From an uncultured Methanoregulaceae archaeon (lineage in GTDB: Archaea > Halobacteriota > Methanomicrobia > Methanomicrobiales > Methanospirillaceae): a stretch of DNA of 64,000 nucleotides. Position numbers and translations under genes: made by a program. The stretch spans positions 2,048,001 to 2,112,000 of the forward strand of contig OY970343.1 of assembly GCA_963717525.1 (NCBI GenBank), read 5' to 3'. The notes beneath the pieces were generated by a model. It was not told the origin of the DNA. It searched no databases and was given only the letters and a program-made list of their open reading frames with translations. Positions within the stretch are counted from its first letter, which is position 1. Each line of letters starts with the position of its first letter. Of this stretch, positions 20,840-29,067 are shown in pieces.

Positions 20840-20924
20840 CGCCGAGGGGGAGATTTGAACTCCCGAGGCGCGAAGCGCCAGTAGCTTTCGAGGCTACCGC
20901 CTTCCCGGGCTAGACTACCTCGGC
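20840..20924 (-). tRNA. tRNA-Ser(CGA)
   Basis: Reverse complement GCCGAGG...GTAGC-CT-CGA-AA-GCTAC, long variable arm GGCGC-TTC-GCGCC, GTTCAAATC T-loop, CCTCGGC-G. No encoded CCA. Confidence 0.95.
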
Positions 20925-21082
20925 ACCCGGTTCAGATCATTTTCTTTGCGATTCCACTAATAGTTATCCCTGTATTTTCTCCCGCCCGGCAGAGGCCGGC
21001 ACTTCGTACAGGAACGGGGGTGCCGCTCGATGGTTTGCAAAAACAGACCATTAAAAAGATGGCTGGATATTTTTGCCCGGGC

Positions 21083-22681
21083 CTACGCCATGGGCGGCAT
21101 GGACGGGGCATTCTTGGACTGCGTAATCATCATGTCGTCGACACGGATCAGCATGATGGCAGTCTCGGAGGCACTCTCAATAGACTGGCGCTTTGACCGG
21201 AGCGGTTCAAGCACTCCCTCGCCGAGCATATCGATGATCTCGCCGTTATAGACGTTGAGACCGGCAGTCTTCTTGCCCTTTGCATGGGCGTTCTTGAGCG
21301 CTACCAGCTTGTCGATCGAATTGTACCCGGAGTTCTCTGCAAGAGTACGGGGGATCGTCTCAAAAGCCTTCGCATACCCCTCGATTGCAAGCTGCACACG
21401 GCCTCCGACCGTCTCTGCGTAGTCCCGGATCTTCATCAAAAGCTCGGTCTCGACTGCACCTCCGCCGACAACATAGGTCCCGTCCTCGATTGCGTCCATG
21501 ACCACGCGGGTACCGTCAACGACCGCACGCTCGAGTTCGTCGAGCAGGTAGTCGCTTGTGCCCCGGATGAGGATGGTAATGGCCTTGGGGTTCTTGCAGC
21601 CGGAGATCCGGGTGATGTCGGTGTCGTTGTCCTCTTCGACAACCTCTGCATGACCGAGATCTTTTGCGGTCAGGTCTTCGGGCTTGTTGACAATATTTGC
21701 ATTCAGCGCCCGGGCGGCATACTTGAGATCCTTTTCCGGGACATCCTCAACCGCATAGATGCCGTTCTTGGCAAGGAAGAACTGGACCGGGTCTGCGATG
21801 CCTTTCTGGCAGAACACCACGTTCGCCCCGGCATTAACGATAGCATCGGCGAGCTTCCTCAGGGTTGCCCGCTCCTGTTCGGAGAAGGCAGCAATCTGGT
21901 CGGCAGTCGTGATCTTGATCTTCGCCTTTACCTGCGTTTTTGTGATCTCCATGGGAGTCGCGATGAGCGCGATCCTGGCCGCAGTAACTTTCTTTGGCAT
22001 ATCTTCGCTGACCCGTTTCTTGTCAAGGATGATGCCCCGGACGAGTTCGGCGTCGTTCATCGACCGGCCCTTCTGCTTCTTGATCATCACGTCGTCTTCA
22101 TCGGCGAGGTACTTGCCGTTCGTCTTCTCCGCGATGGCCATCACTGCGTCAACGATGATGCCGTCGAGTTTTTCCTTGACCGATTCGATTGATTTGCCGG
22201 TGATCGCGGTGTCGGCAATCTTCAAGAGCGTCTTTCTGTCCCTGGGATCTACCTTGAAGGAGAGCGCGTCGGTAATTTCGAGCGCCTTTTGCATACCCTG
22301 CCGGTATCCCTGTGCGATTACGGTCGGGTGGATGCCCTGCTCCAGCAGGTCCTCTGCCTGCTCCATCAGCGACCCGGCAATGACAACGGCCGTGGTGGTT
22401 CCGTCCCCGACCTCGTCATCCTGGGTCTTTGCCACTTCGATGACCATCTTCGCACCGGGGTGCTGGACCGAGATTTCCTGTAATATTGTCGCGCCGTCAT
22501 TGGTGATGACAATGTCACCGGTTGAATCGACGAGCATCTTGTCCATGCCCCGGGGGCCCAGCGTTGTCCGGACCGCACCGGCAATCGCTTTTGCGGCCAT
22601 GATATTCGAGCGCTGTGCCTCCTTGCCGGTGTTACGCTCCACATTGTCTCGTAAAATGATGATTGGTTGACCAGATAACAT
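21083..22681 (-). CDS. Thermosome (group II chaperonin) subunit
   Basis: TLGPRGMDKM, ITNDGATIL, GDGTTT, GGGAVE, LIRVDD. Confidence 0.96.
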   Translation of the reverse strand: MLSGQPIIILRDNVERNTGKEAQRSNIMAAKAIAGAVRTTLGPRGMDKMLVDSTGDIVITNDGATILQEISVQHPGAKMVIEVAKTQDDEVGDGTTTAVVIAGSLMEQAEDLLEQGIHPTVIAQGYRQGMQKALEITDALSFKVDPRDRKTLLKIADTAITGKSIESVKEKLDGIIVDAVMAIAEKTNGKYLADEDDVMIKKQKGRSMNDAELVRGIILDKKRVSEDMPKKVTAARIALIATPMEITKTQVKAKIKITTADQIAAFSEQERATLRKLADAIVNAGANVVFCQKGIADPVQFFLAKNGIYAVEDVPEKDLKYAARALNANIVNKPEDLTAKDLGHAEVVEEDNDTDITRISGCKNPKAITILIRGTSDYLLDELERAVVDGTRVVMDAIEDGTYVVGGGAVETELLMKIRDYAETVGGRVQLAIEGYAKAFETIPRTLAENSGYNSIDKLVALKNAHAKGKKTAGLNVYNGEIIDMLGEGVLEPLRSKRQSIESASETAIMLIRVDDMMITQSKNAPSMPPMA

Positions 22682-22720
22682 AGGTGATCCTCTAATGCTG
22701 TAAAAGGTGGAATTGAACTT

Positions 22721-22740
22721 CTATATATATCATTCCCTTA
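22721..22740 (-). promoter_or_regulatory. Probable TATA box and BRE of the thermosome gene
   Basis: On the minus strand, purine-rich TAAGGGAATG is followed by ATATATATAG about 40 nt upstream of ATG 22681. Confidence 0.5.
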
Positions 22741-22742
22741 GT
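22735..22742 (+). repeat. Left target-site duplication CCCTTAGT
   Basis: Identical 8-mer at 29068-29075. Each copy directly abuts a terminal inverted repeat. Confidence 0.92.
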
Positions 22743-22803
22743 GGTTCTGTTGCGTCTTAGGTTGATCGTTGCATTTGCCCCATGCTGTTGCATCGCGGTT
22801 GAT
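22743..22803 (+). repeat. Left terminal inverted repeat (bipartite, 61 bp)
   Basis: GGTTC-TGTTGC-gtctta-GGTTGAT-N19-TGTTGC-atcgc-GGTTGAT. Confidence 0.9.
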
Positions 22804-22876
22804 ATGCGCGCGGGTGTCTTGATGCATTATTCCTATTTTAATAAAAATTATTAAAATAGAAATGGCTATTAGGATT

Positions 22877-23158
22877 ATGAGCTCAATCGAATCATCTTTT
22901 GCTAATGTGTGGGATTCGGTTTGTAAACACGAGGGAGAACTTTTCCATACCAAAACAGGATTGCCATTTACTTACTGGACAAAAGGAACCTCGTTATACG
23001 TCGATAGAACAACATGGGCAATAAATCGCAAAAACCTATTATATGCCTACGGGTTGTGGCCGGTATCTGGACCCGGTGTTTTTAATAATGCTGTTAGAGG
23101 GCCTGCATATGTTTGGGCGATTTTTGCTGATGGTAGGATCATAAAAACCGGAGATTGA
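22877..23158 (+). CDS. Small hypothetical cargo protein (93 aa), co-operonic with the HNH gene
   Basis: Open frame VW...HEGELFHTKTGLPFTY...GPG....RGPAYVWAIF. Stops 1 nt before the HNH ATG. Confidence 0.7.
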   Translation: MSSIESSFANVWDSVCKHEGELFHTKTGLPFTYWTKGTSLYVDRTTWAINRKNLLYAYGLWPVSGPGVFNNAVRGPAYVWAIFADGRIIKTGD

Positions 23159-23159
23159 T

Positions 23160-23933
23160 ATGATTAACGTTATTCTATCGAATTTAGAATCTATCAAGAA
23201 ACGGCATTATGCCCAAAAAGCAAAATCTACCGGTTATTGGGTTGCATTTTATGAAAGTGTATTAAACAGATATAAAGCACAATTCGGAGAGGATTTTAAT
23301 TTAATTATATATGGTGACGAGAATCTCCGAGATGATTTTTTCTCCATTCCTTATATACAACTAAAAGATTTCTTGACAGAACCCCATATAGACGAACAAA
23401 AACGAAGATGGGTTTTCAGCATTGAAAACAACATACTCCGAGCACATCGAAATCCCAAGAGAGTTGATATAATGGAATTTCGTGGGAATATAATTGACAT
23501 TCAACCATTATACCAATATCAAACAGTCAAAGATTTGAATAAACTACAGCAGAGGAAAGAAGATACTTTTCAAAAGGACGCCGAATGGTTAAGCCAAGAA
23601 GAATTGATGAGGCGGATTCAATCGCTAGATAGGGGGGCAACACACAGGGAAGGGACCACAAAATATTATCAAAGAAGAGCGATTGTATCCGAATATGCTA
23701 AGAGAAGGGCAAATGGAATATGTCAATTATGCCAACACCCGGCGCCTTTTGTCGATATAAGGAATAAGCCATATCTTGAAGCCCACCATGTGATTTGGTT
23801 GTCCAGAAATGGGGACGATACACCTGAAAATACTGCGGCATTATGTCCGAATTGCCATAGAAAAATGCACATATTGAATATAACATCTGATCAAGAAATT
23901 ATTTTATCAAGAATTTCTGGTGGGGGAGAATAA
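23160..23933 (+). CDS. HNH endonuclease (McrA-like C-terminal domain)
   Basis: RANGICQLC..PAPF....PYLEAHHVIWLS..G.DT.EN.AALCPNCHRKMH. Confidence 0.88.
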   Translation: MINVILSNLESIKKRHYAQKAKSTGYWVAFYESVLNRYKAQFGEDFNLIIYGDENLRDDFFSIPYIQLKDFLTEPHIDEQKRRWVFSIENNILRAHRNPKRVDIMEFRGNIIDIQPLYQYQTVKDLNKLQQRKEDTFQKDAEWLSQEELMRRIQSLDRGATHREGTTKYYQRRAIVSEYAKRRANGICQLCQHPAPFVDIRNKPYLEAHHVIWLSRNGDDTPENTAALCPNCHRKMHILNITSDQEIILSRISGGGE

Positions 23934-23944
23934 ACAAAACAGTC

Positions 23945-24343
23945 CTATTCTCCCCAGTGACCGAATTCAATTAAGTCGCTTAATAAATCAAGACGGCGCT
24001 TATTCTCAACGGTATTTCGAGAATATCTGCGATATTCTTGGTAAAATTTCTCGGCCTCTTCTCGCGTCTCGATAATATACATGCCTTTATTCTTATTCGA
24101 AGCAATGAATATCCCCTCTCCGCGAAGTTTTCCCAAGACATAAATTTCCCACGAGTGGCGACTTATTTTGTGCCCTCTTTCTTTTAAAACTTTCACGATG
24201 GTGTCTGTGGGAACAGCATTTTTTATTCCAATGGAATTCTCCAACAAATAACCAACAGTATCTGTCATAACATCGACATATTTGTCGTCAGATAATTCAC
24301 CAGCAAATTCGAGAAATTCCTTAGCGGCGGTAACAAATGGCAT
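23945..24343 (-). CDS. Hypothetical protein, probable winged-helix DNA-binding domain
   Basis: GIKNAVPTDTIV..L...ISR......LR.EGIFIAS..KGMYIIETREEA pattern. Last gene of the AbrB-MTase-REase run. Confidence 0.55.
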   Translation of the reverse strand: MPFVTAAKEFLEFAGELSDDKYVDVMTDTVGYLLENSIGIKNAVPTDTIVKVLKERGHKISRHSWEIYVLGKLRGEGIFIASNKNKGMYIIETREEAEKFYQEYRRYSRNTVENKRRLDLLSDLIEFGHWGE

Positions 24344-24358
24344 ATGACCATCCCAATA

Positions 24359-24964
24359 TTAAGATGATGCAATTAGTAAATCCCCGGCATATAAAGCCTT
24401 ATTATTTGAGTTAAATTCTAGCTTTATGTCCATTTGATTAAGAGAATAAAGATCACAAAGTTTCCATCCCACGACTCTCCAATATTTTTCTTTCTCCTCG
24501 ACAATATTCCATGCGATTAACAGATGCCTTGCGGAAGATTTAATTTTGTTTCCATTTGTGTAGTAAAAAGATCTGAATTGGCTATCCCAATCTTTACTAA
24601 TGGCCTTTGATTCGAGATATGTAACCCTACCTGATTGATCTTTTATCATAATATCGGGATATCCAGATTTACTCAACAAAGTTGGTGTAAGTACCGATTT
24701 TTTCAATTCTTCAACAAAGGCCTCTTCTATCCTTTTCCCAACATCATTTATTCTGCCTCCCTCATACCGTTGATGAGTCCTTGTAGTGTATGCGATAAAA
24801 TTCCTCGCCGATTTTACAATCTCTTCGTTAAGGGATTTATCTAATTCCGTATTTAGATCAAGTCTAACAACATCAAGTCCCGTCGTCGATTTTACTAGCT
24901 CGGGGAATGATATTTGCCCGGTTAATTCGGAAACATCACTCATAAGTCCTTGAACGGTCGGCAT
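24359..24964 (-). CDS. Putative type II restriction endonuclease (PD-(D/E)xK)
   Basis: G..IEE...GYPDI...TYLESK motif. Lies 21 nt downstream of the DNA MTase, same strand. Confidence 0.7.
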   Translation of the reverse strand: MPTVQGLMSDVSELTGQISFPELVKSTTGLDVVRLDLNTELDKSLNEEIVKSARNFIAYTTRTHQRYEGGRINDVGKRIEEAFVEELKKSVLTPTLLSKSGYPDIMIKDQSGRVTYLESKAISKDWDSQFRSFYYTNGNKIKSSARHLLIAWNIVEEKEKYWRVVGWKLCDLYSLNQMDIKLEFNSNNKALYAGDLLIASS

Positions 24965-24985
24965 AAAACAATAATAGTATTGTAA

Positions 24986-25843
24986 TTATTTTAAATATTT
25001 TAAAAGACCTTTGCTCTTTTTTAATCGCTCATTTGAAATTCTCTCATTGGCGAGATCGATGTACTCTTTGTCAATTTCAAATCCGATATAGTTGATACCC
25101 AGTCTAACGGCAGCTACGGCTGTTGTTCCAATTCCCATAAATGGATCGAGAACGAGCGTATCTTTGCAGATTCCGTCGTGATCTTTTATACACATCTCGG
25201 GTAATCCAACTGGGAACGCACTGGGGTGGGGCCTTGATTCTTGGATCGTTTCATATGGAATGAACCAGGTATTGCCTCGGTCTCTCAAATCGCCGCCATT
25301 TGTCGATTTCCATCTTTTTATATTGCTTTTATCTTGATAGGGAACACCGATAGCTAATTTGTCTAGAGGGACGCGGCCGGTTTTTGTAAAGTGGAAAATA
25401 AATTCGTGGCAATCGTGGTGAAATCTCTTACTGTTAATTGGCTTATAATGCCCAACGGCAACATCGGCTTTAATGTGTGGGTATTTGCCCATACATTCTT
25501 TTGGTATTGCTATCGATTTCACCCAATGAATCATATTCTGAAGGGCGAAATGTTTCCGAAAGACATTTGCAACATCTATTGGTGTCCAAGGATCCGTGAC
25601 GGTTCCACCAACATTTAGGAAAAACGATCCGTCATTTTTCATTACTTTTTTAGAGGCTATCGCTACATCTTCCATCCATTCAAGATATTCATCCCCCGAT
25701 TTTGTATCCTGATATGTTTTGTAGGCTATTCCAATATTGTAAGGTGGCGACGTTACAATTAAATCAACAGAATCCGCACCCAGTTTTTCAAATCCTTTTA
25801 AACAATCCATTTTGTATATTTTATTGGGGACCAACTTTTCCAT
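24986..25843 (-). CDS. Beta-class amino DNA methyltransferase (probably m4C)
   Basis: N-terminal catalytic TSPPY, HPSAFP, C-terminal DPFMGIGTT and GFEID. From memory it resembles M.MjaV (unverified). Confidence 0.92.
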   Translation of the reverse strand: MEKLVPNKIYKMDCLKGFEKLGADSVDLIVTSPPYNIGIAYKTYQDTKSGDEYLEWMEDVAIASKKVMKNDGSFFLNVGGTVTDPWTPIDVANVFRKHFALQNMIHWVKSIAIPKECMGKYPHIKADVAVGHYKPINSKRFHHDCHEFIFHFTKTGRVPLDKLAIGVPYQDKSNIKRWKSTNGGDLRDRGNTWFIPYETIQESRPHPSAFPVGLPEMCIKDHDGICKDTLVLDPFMGIGTTAVAAVRLGINYIGFEIDKEYIDLANERISNERLKKSKGLLKYLK

Positions 25844-25852
25844 GATTGAACG

Positions 25853-26035
25853 TCACCCCTCCTTTCTGATTGGTTTCACAACTAAATGATCCCCCTCTAT
25901 AATCCATTCAAGAGAATCGCCTTTCTGCAAGTTGAATTGGTTTTTGATAAACGAAGGTACTGTAGTTCTCAGCGAGTCTCCAGAAGATGTTGCTGGATTT
26001 AAGATTGTCTCGTTAGCTCGCGGATTTTTTGGCAT
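25853..26035 (-). CDS. AbrB/MazE/SpoVT-family small DNA-binding protein
   Basis: SLRTTVPSFIKNQFNLQKGDSLEW. Divergent from the transposase. Confidence 0.85.
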   Translation of the reverse strand: MPKNPRANETILNPATSSGDSLRTTVPSFIKNQFNLQKGDSLEWIIEGDHLVVKPIRKEG

Positions 26036-26074
26036 AATGTAATGGTATATCTATCTTATACATTATAAATTTTG

Positions 26075-26181
26075 TTACCTTATATACTATAACTCAATTT
26101 ACCTTATGGATTGTTTATTTACCTAATGGGTTACCAATAAGTTTATTACCTTGTATGACTTATAGGTAAATAGAGAGGTAA
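26075..26181. promoter_or_regulatory. Divergent promoter region with iterated TTACCT/AGGTAA motifs
   Basis: TTACCT at 26075, 26099, 26119 and 26146; TTACCA at 26131; inverted AGGTAA at 26164 and 26176. Confidence 0.55.
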
Positions 26182-26186
26182 ATTAA

Positions 26187-27371
26187 ATGAAGCAACTAAC
26201 CGACCCAAGAGAATTAAGAGGACTGGCAATCATCAGCCAGCCCAACACCGTTATCCAGACCGGTGAAAATGAATGGGACGTTCGATCACAATCAAAGGAT
26301 GCCTATTACGTCGTATCCAGAACTTTCCCGTCAGACCGGAAGGCTCGCATCCTCTCACAGGCAACATGGACATGCTCGTGCCCCGACTTCCAGACCCGCC
26401 ATATGCCGTGCAAACACATCCACGCCGTCATGCTCTCGTTAAAACTCGCCGGGGATGTAGAGGGACACAGCACACCTGCGCAGGTTAAAAATGCCGAGCC
26501 AACGATCCTGTGCCCGGCCTGCAAGTCTGCAAGCGTCAGGAAATGGGGGAGCCGCAAGACCCAGTACGGAACCATCCAGCGGTACGCCTGCCATGAATGC
26601 GGCCATACCTTTGTGATCGATAAAGGATTCTCCAAGATGAAAAACAGCCCCAAAACGATCACCCTCACCCTTGACCTTTACTTCAAGGGGGTATCCCTGA
26701 GGAAGATCGCCGACCATCTTACACAGGTTGAAAGCGTCTCCGTCAATCAGGCAACCATTCTCCGGTGGATTCGCAAGTACCTGAAACTGCTATCGGGATA
26801 TGCTGAGAAGTACAAGGCTGATGTCGGAAACATCTGGCACTGTGATGAGACAACGGTATTCATCAAAAAAGAAGGCGAGAAAAAGTATTACGAGTGGATC
26901 TGGAACCTGATGGATGCAAAGACACGATACCTTCTTGCTTGCCAAGTCACTGAAACCCGGTACATCAAGGATGCGCGCAGACCGCTGAGCAAAGCCAAGG
27001 AAGTTACGGAAGTTCGACCGGATGCGATTGTGACCGATGGACTCATGGCATACAAGGACGCGATAAAGGCAGAATATTTTGGACTCGGCAGAATCCAGAA
27101 CCCCCATATCCGCCTTAAGGACTTTGAAACTAAGCCGAATAACAATATCCTTGAACGCCTGAATGGAACATTCCGAGAGCGCACGAAAGTTATGCGAAGC
27201 TTCGACAGTGGGATTGGCGCGGCGGAATTTGCCGCTGGAATGCAGACATATTACAACTATATCCGCCCCCATCAGGGAATCGGTGGAATGGTACCTGCGC
27301 AGATGGCAAACATTCCACTGGATTTAACCGGTAACCGCTGGATGACAATGATTGGGTTGGCGGTAAAGTGA
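26187..27371 (+). CDS. IS6-like DDE transposase with N-terminal SWIM finger and Zn ribbon
   Basis: WTCSCPDF....PCKH (SWIM), CPAC...CHEC, HTH SLRKIA...TILRWI, catalytic WHCDET, VTDG and NNILER, then YNYIRPH. Confidence 0.92.
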   Translation: MKQLTDPRELRGLAIISQPNTVIQTGENEWDVRSQSKDAYYVVSRTFPSDRKARILSQATWTCSCPDFQTRHMPCKHIHAVMLSLKLAGDVEGHSTPAQVKNAEPTILCPACKSASVRKWGSRKTQYGTIQRYACHECGHTFVIDKGFSKMKNSPKTITLTLDLYFKGVSLRKIADHLTQVESVSVNQATILRWIRKYLKLLSGYAEKYKADVGNIWHCDETTVFIKKEGEKKYYEWIWNLMDAKTRYLLACQVTETRYIKDARRPLSKAKEVTEVRPDAIVTDGLMAYKDAIKAEYFGLGRIQNPHIRLKDFETKPNNNILERLNGTFRERTKVMRSFDSGIGAAEFAAGMQTYYNYIRPHQGIGGMVPAQMANIPLDLTGNRWMTMIGLAVK

Positions 27372-27444
27372 GCTTTAAAGGAAACGTTTAATATTTTGAT
27401 TTTATAATGTTAATTACAAATATACTGTCTGTTAAGGTGCAAAA

Positions 27445-27972
27445 TTGGATTTTTTTATCGATTCTGGAGTTGTTATAGGGTATTCTGACACAGGGGATGA
27501 AAAATTTCATGACCCATGCAAAGAATTTATAAGAAAATTCCCTCCAAAAGAAAACGGGTATCATTCGATAAAATATATTGTAAATGAAGAAATACGGAGT
27601 ACTGAAAAGAAGAGACTCGAACAAAGAAAGAAAAATGCACTCAAACTATTCCCACAACGTGCGAAAATATTTTGTGATTTAATAAACGATGTTGCAAATA
27701 AATCGCATTTGTCATTTGATACTCTTTTTAAACAAATACATGATTATTTAATAGCGGTTCGTACTGACCTTAAAAGAAAAGAACACGATGCGAAATTGTT
27801 AACGAGTGCTTTTATTTGGGCATATGAAGATGGAACCTTACAAAATCCTCATTTCATTACTACGGATTGGACGGATATTTGTAAAAACAAACCTAAACTT
27901 TATAGTTTTGTAACGTCTTGTCTCCCTAAAAACTGTTTAAAGATAAGTTTTGTTATCGACTGCGTCTCTTAA
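27445..27972 (+). CDS. PIN-domain protein (putative RNase toxin)
   Basis: FFIDSGVV, EE, EHDAKLL and FITTD..DI acidic PIN pattern. TTG start. Confidence 0.7.
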   Translation: MDFFIDSGVVIGYSDTGDEKFHDPCKEFIRKFPPKENGYHSIKYIVNEEIRSTEKKRLEQRKKNALKLFPQRAKIFCDLINDVANKSHLSFDTLFKQIHDYLIAVRTDLKRKEHDAKLLTSAFIWAYEDGTLQNPHFITTDWTDICKNKPKLYSFVTSCLPKNCLKISFVIDCVS

Positions 27973-28889
27973 CAGGGTTTTAACAAATTAAGTAACTCTA
28001 TTTTCTCATCTTTATTCATTTGGTTTAAGGATTTTTCAATCTCATAATCCATATCTTCGAGGGTGGGAATTAAATTATATCTTTTCACCTTATCTTTCAG
28101 TGCCGTAAAATTATTGGATAGGCCCTCTATCTTTCTTTGAGAATTGGATTCGTATGCCCCCATCTCATATTCAATATTGTCCCCTTTTAACGTGAGAACA
28201 AATGGGAAAATAAATGTGGATATTTCGTTTTCATACATGTTATTGAAGTCAGAGAGGATTTCTTTTACATGGTTAAAATTGGTGTCTCTGTTTCTACAAA
28301 CCATCAAAACACCTTCAAGTAGATCCATGTAATCAAAATAGAGAGGCAAATATTTTTCGTCAACGTGGTTTAATGTGGAATCGAGATTTGAAATTATATC
28401 CGAAAACGTATCATAGAATTTTCCTATATCAACCTTTTTACATTCTGACGCTTCCCCAATTATATCATGAAAAGCGTCATGCCATTTGTATAATGCTTGA
28501 TATTCTGGGGATATCCTATCCTCGTGTGCATATTTTAAAAATTTTTTCCAAGTTCCTGTCATTATTGGTTTCAAGGTGACGATGATGGGCTTTACCATTT
28601 CAACAATTTCAAAATTCACAATACTTTTGTTGATATTTGCTCCATGAAGAGAGCGCGTTACAAAAATTGGTTTTGTTATGCTATGCGCCTGAAAAGAAAA
28701 TTCTCCATGTTTAAAACACCCGTATGAAATTTGACGATACCCAAGATCTTCAATTGATCTTACAACTAGCTTCACAGCTTTGGTTAGAACAACCTTTTTC
28801 CTTTTAGTGGAATACTCTTCATGAGCGGCAAAAAGGATTGAGTTTATTATAACACTTGGTGGGAGTTTGTTGATATCTTCGATATCCAT
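27969..28889 (-). CDS. Hypothetical protein with a possible Panacea/SocA-like N-terminal domain
   Basis: LTKAVKLV...SYGCFKHGEFS resembles the Panacea KL.Y...HGP pattern. Helical C-terminus. Likely start MDIEDINK. Stop overlaps the convergent PIN gene. Confidence 0.5.
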   Translation of the reverse strand: MDIEDINKLPPSVIINSILFAAHEEYSTKRKKVVLTKAVKLVVRSIEDLGYRQISYGCFKHGEFSFQAHSITKPIFVTRSLHGANINKSIVNFEIVEMVKPIIVTLKPIMTGTWKKFLKYAHEDRISPEYQALYKWHDAFHDIIGEASECKKVDIGKFYDTFSDIISNLDSTLNHVDEKYLPLYFDYMDLLEGVLMVCRNRDTNFNHVKEILSDFNNMYENEISTFIFPFVLTLKGDNIEYEMGAYESNSQRKIEGLSNNFTALKDKVKRYNLIPTLEDMDYEIEKSLNQMNKDEKIELLNLLKPC

Positions 28890-29006
28890 TTTCCACCCGA
28901 AACTATTGTAGACACATTTCTTGAGAGGATAGATAATCCTTTTGATATAATATTTGATATTAAATAGACGCACTGCTGCCCAATATCTCTTGCTTGCGCG
29001 CGAAGG

Positions 29007-29067
29007 ATCAACCTTCATGCAACACCAACCGACAACCCGGTTGATCCACCGCAGACGCAACAGAACC
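29007..29067 (-). repeat. Right terminal inverted repeat (bipartite, 61 bp)
   Basis: Reverse complement GGTTC-TGTTGC-gtctgc-GGTGGAT-N19-TGTTGC-atgaa-GGTTGAT, same spacing as the left end. Confidence 0.9.

Larger units (their letters stand above)
22743..29067 (+). mobile_element. 6325-bp IS6-like unit transposon with defence cargo
   Basis: 15-bp perfect TIR GGTTCTGTTGCGTCT at both ends, extending to 61-bp bipartite IRs. 8-bp TSD, one internal DDE transposase, AT-rich cargo. Confidence 0.92.

Noticed and set aside
20840..20924. tRNA-Ser as an integration site for the nearby islands
   Set aside because: No duplicated tRNA 3' end and no integrase were seen. The 22.7-29.1 kb island is fully explained by its TIRs and TSD.
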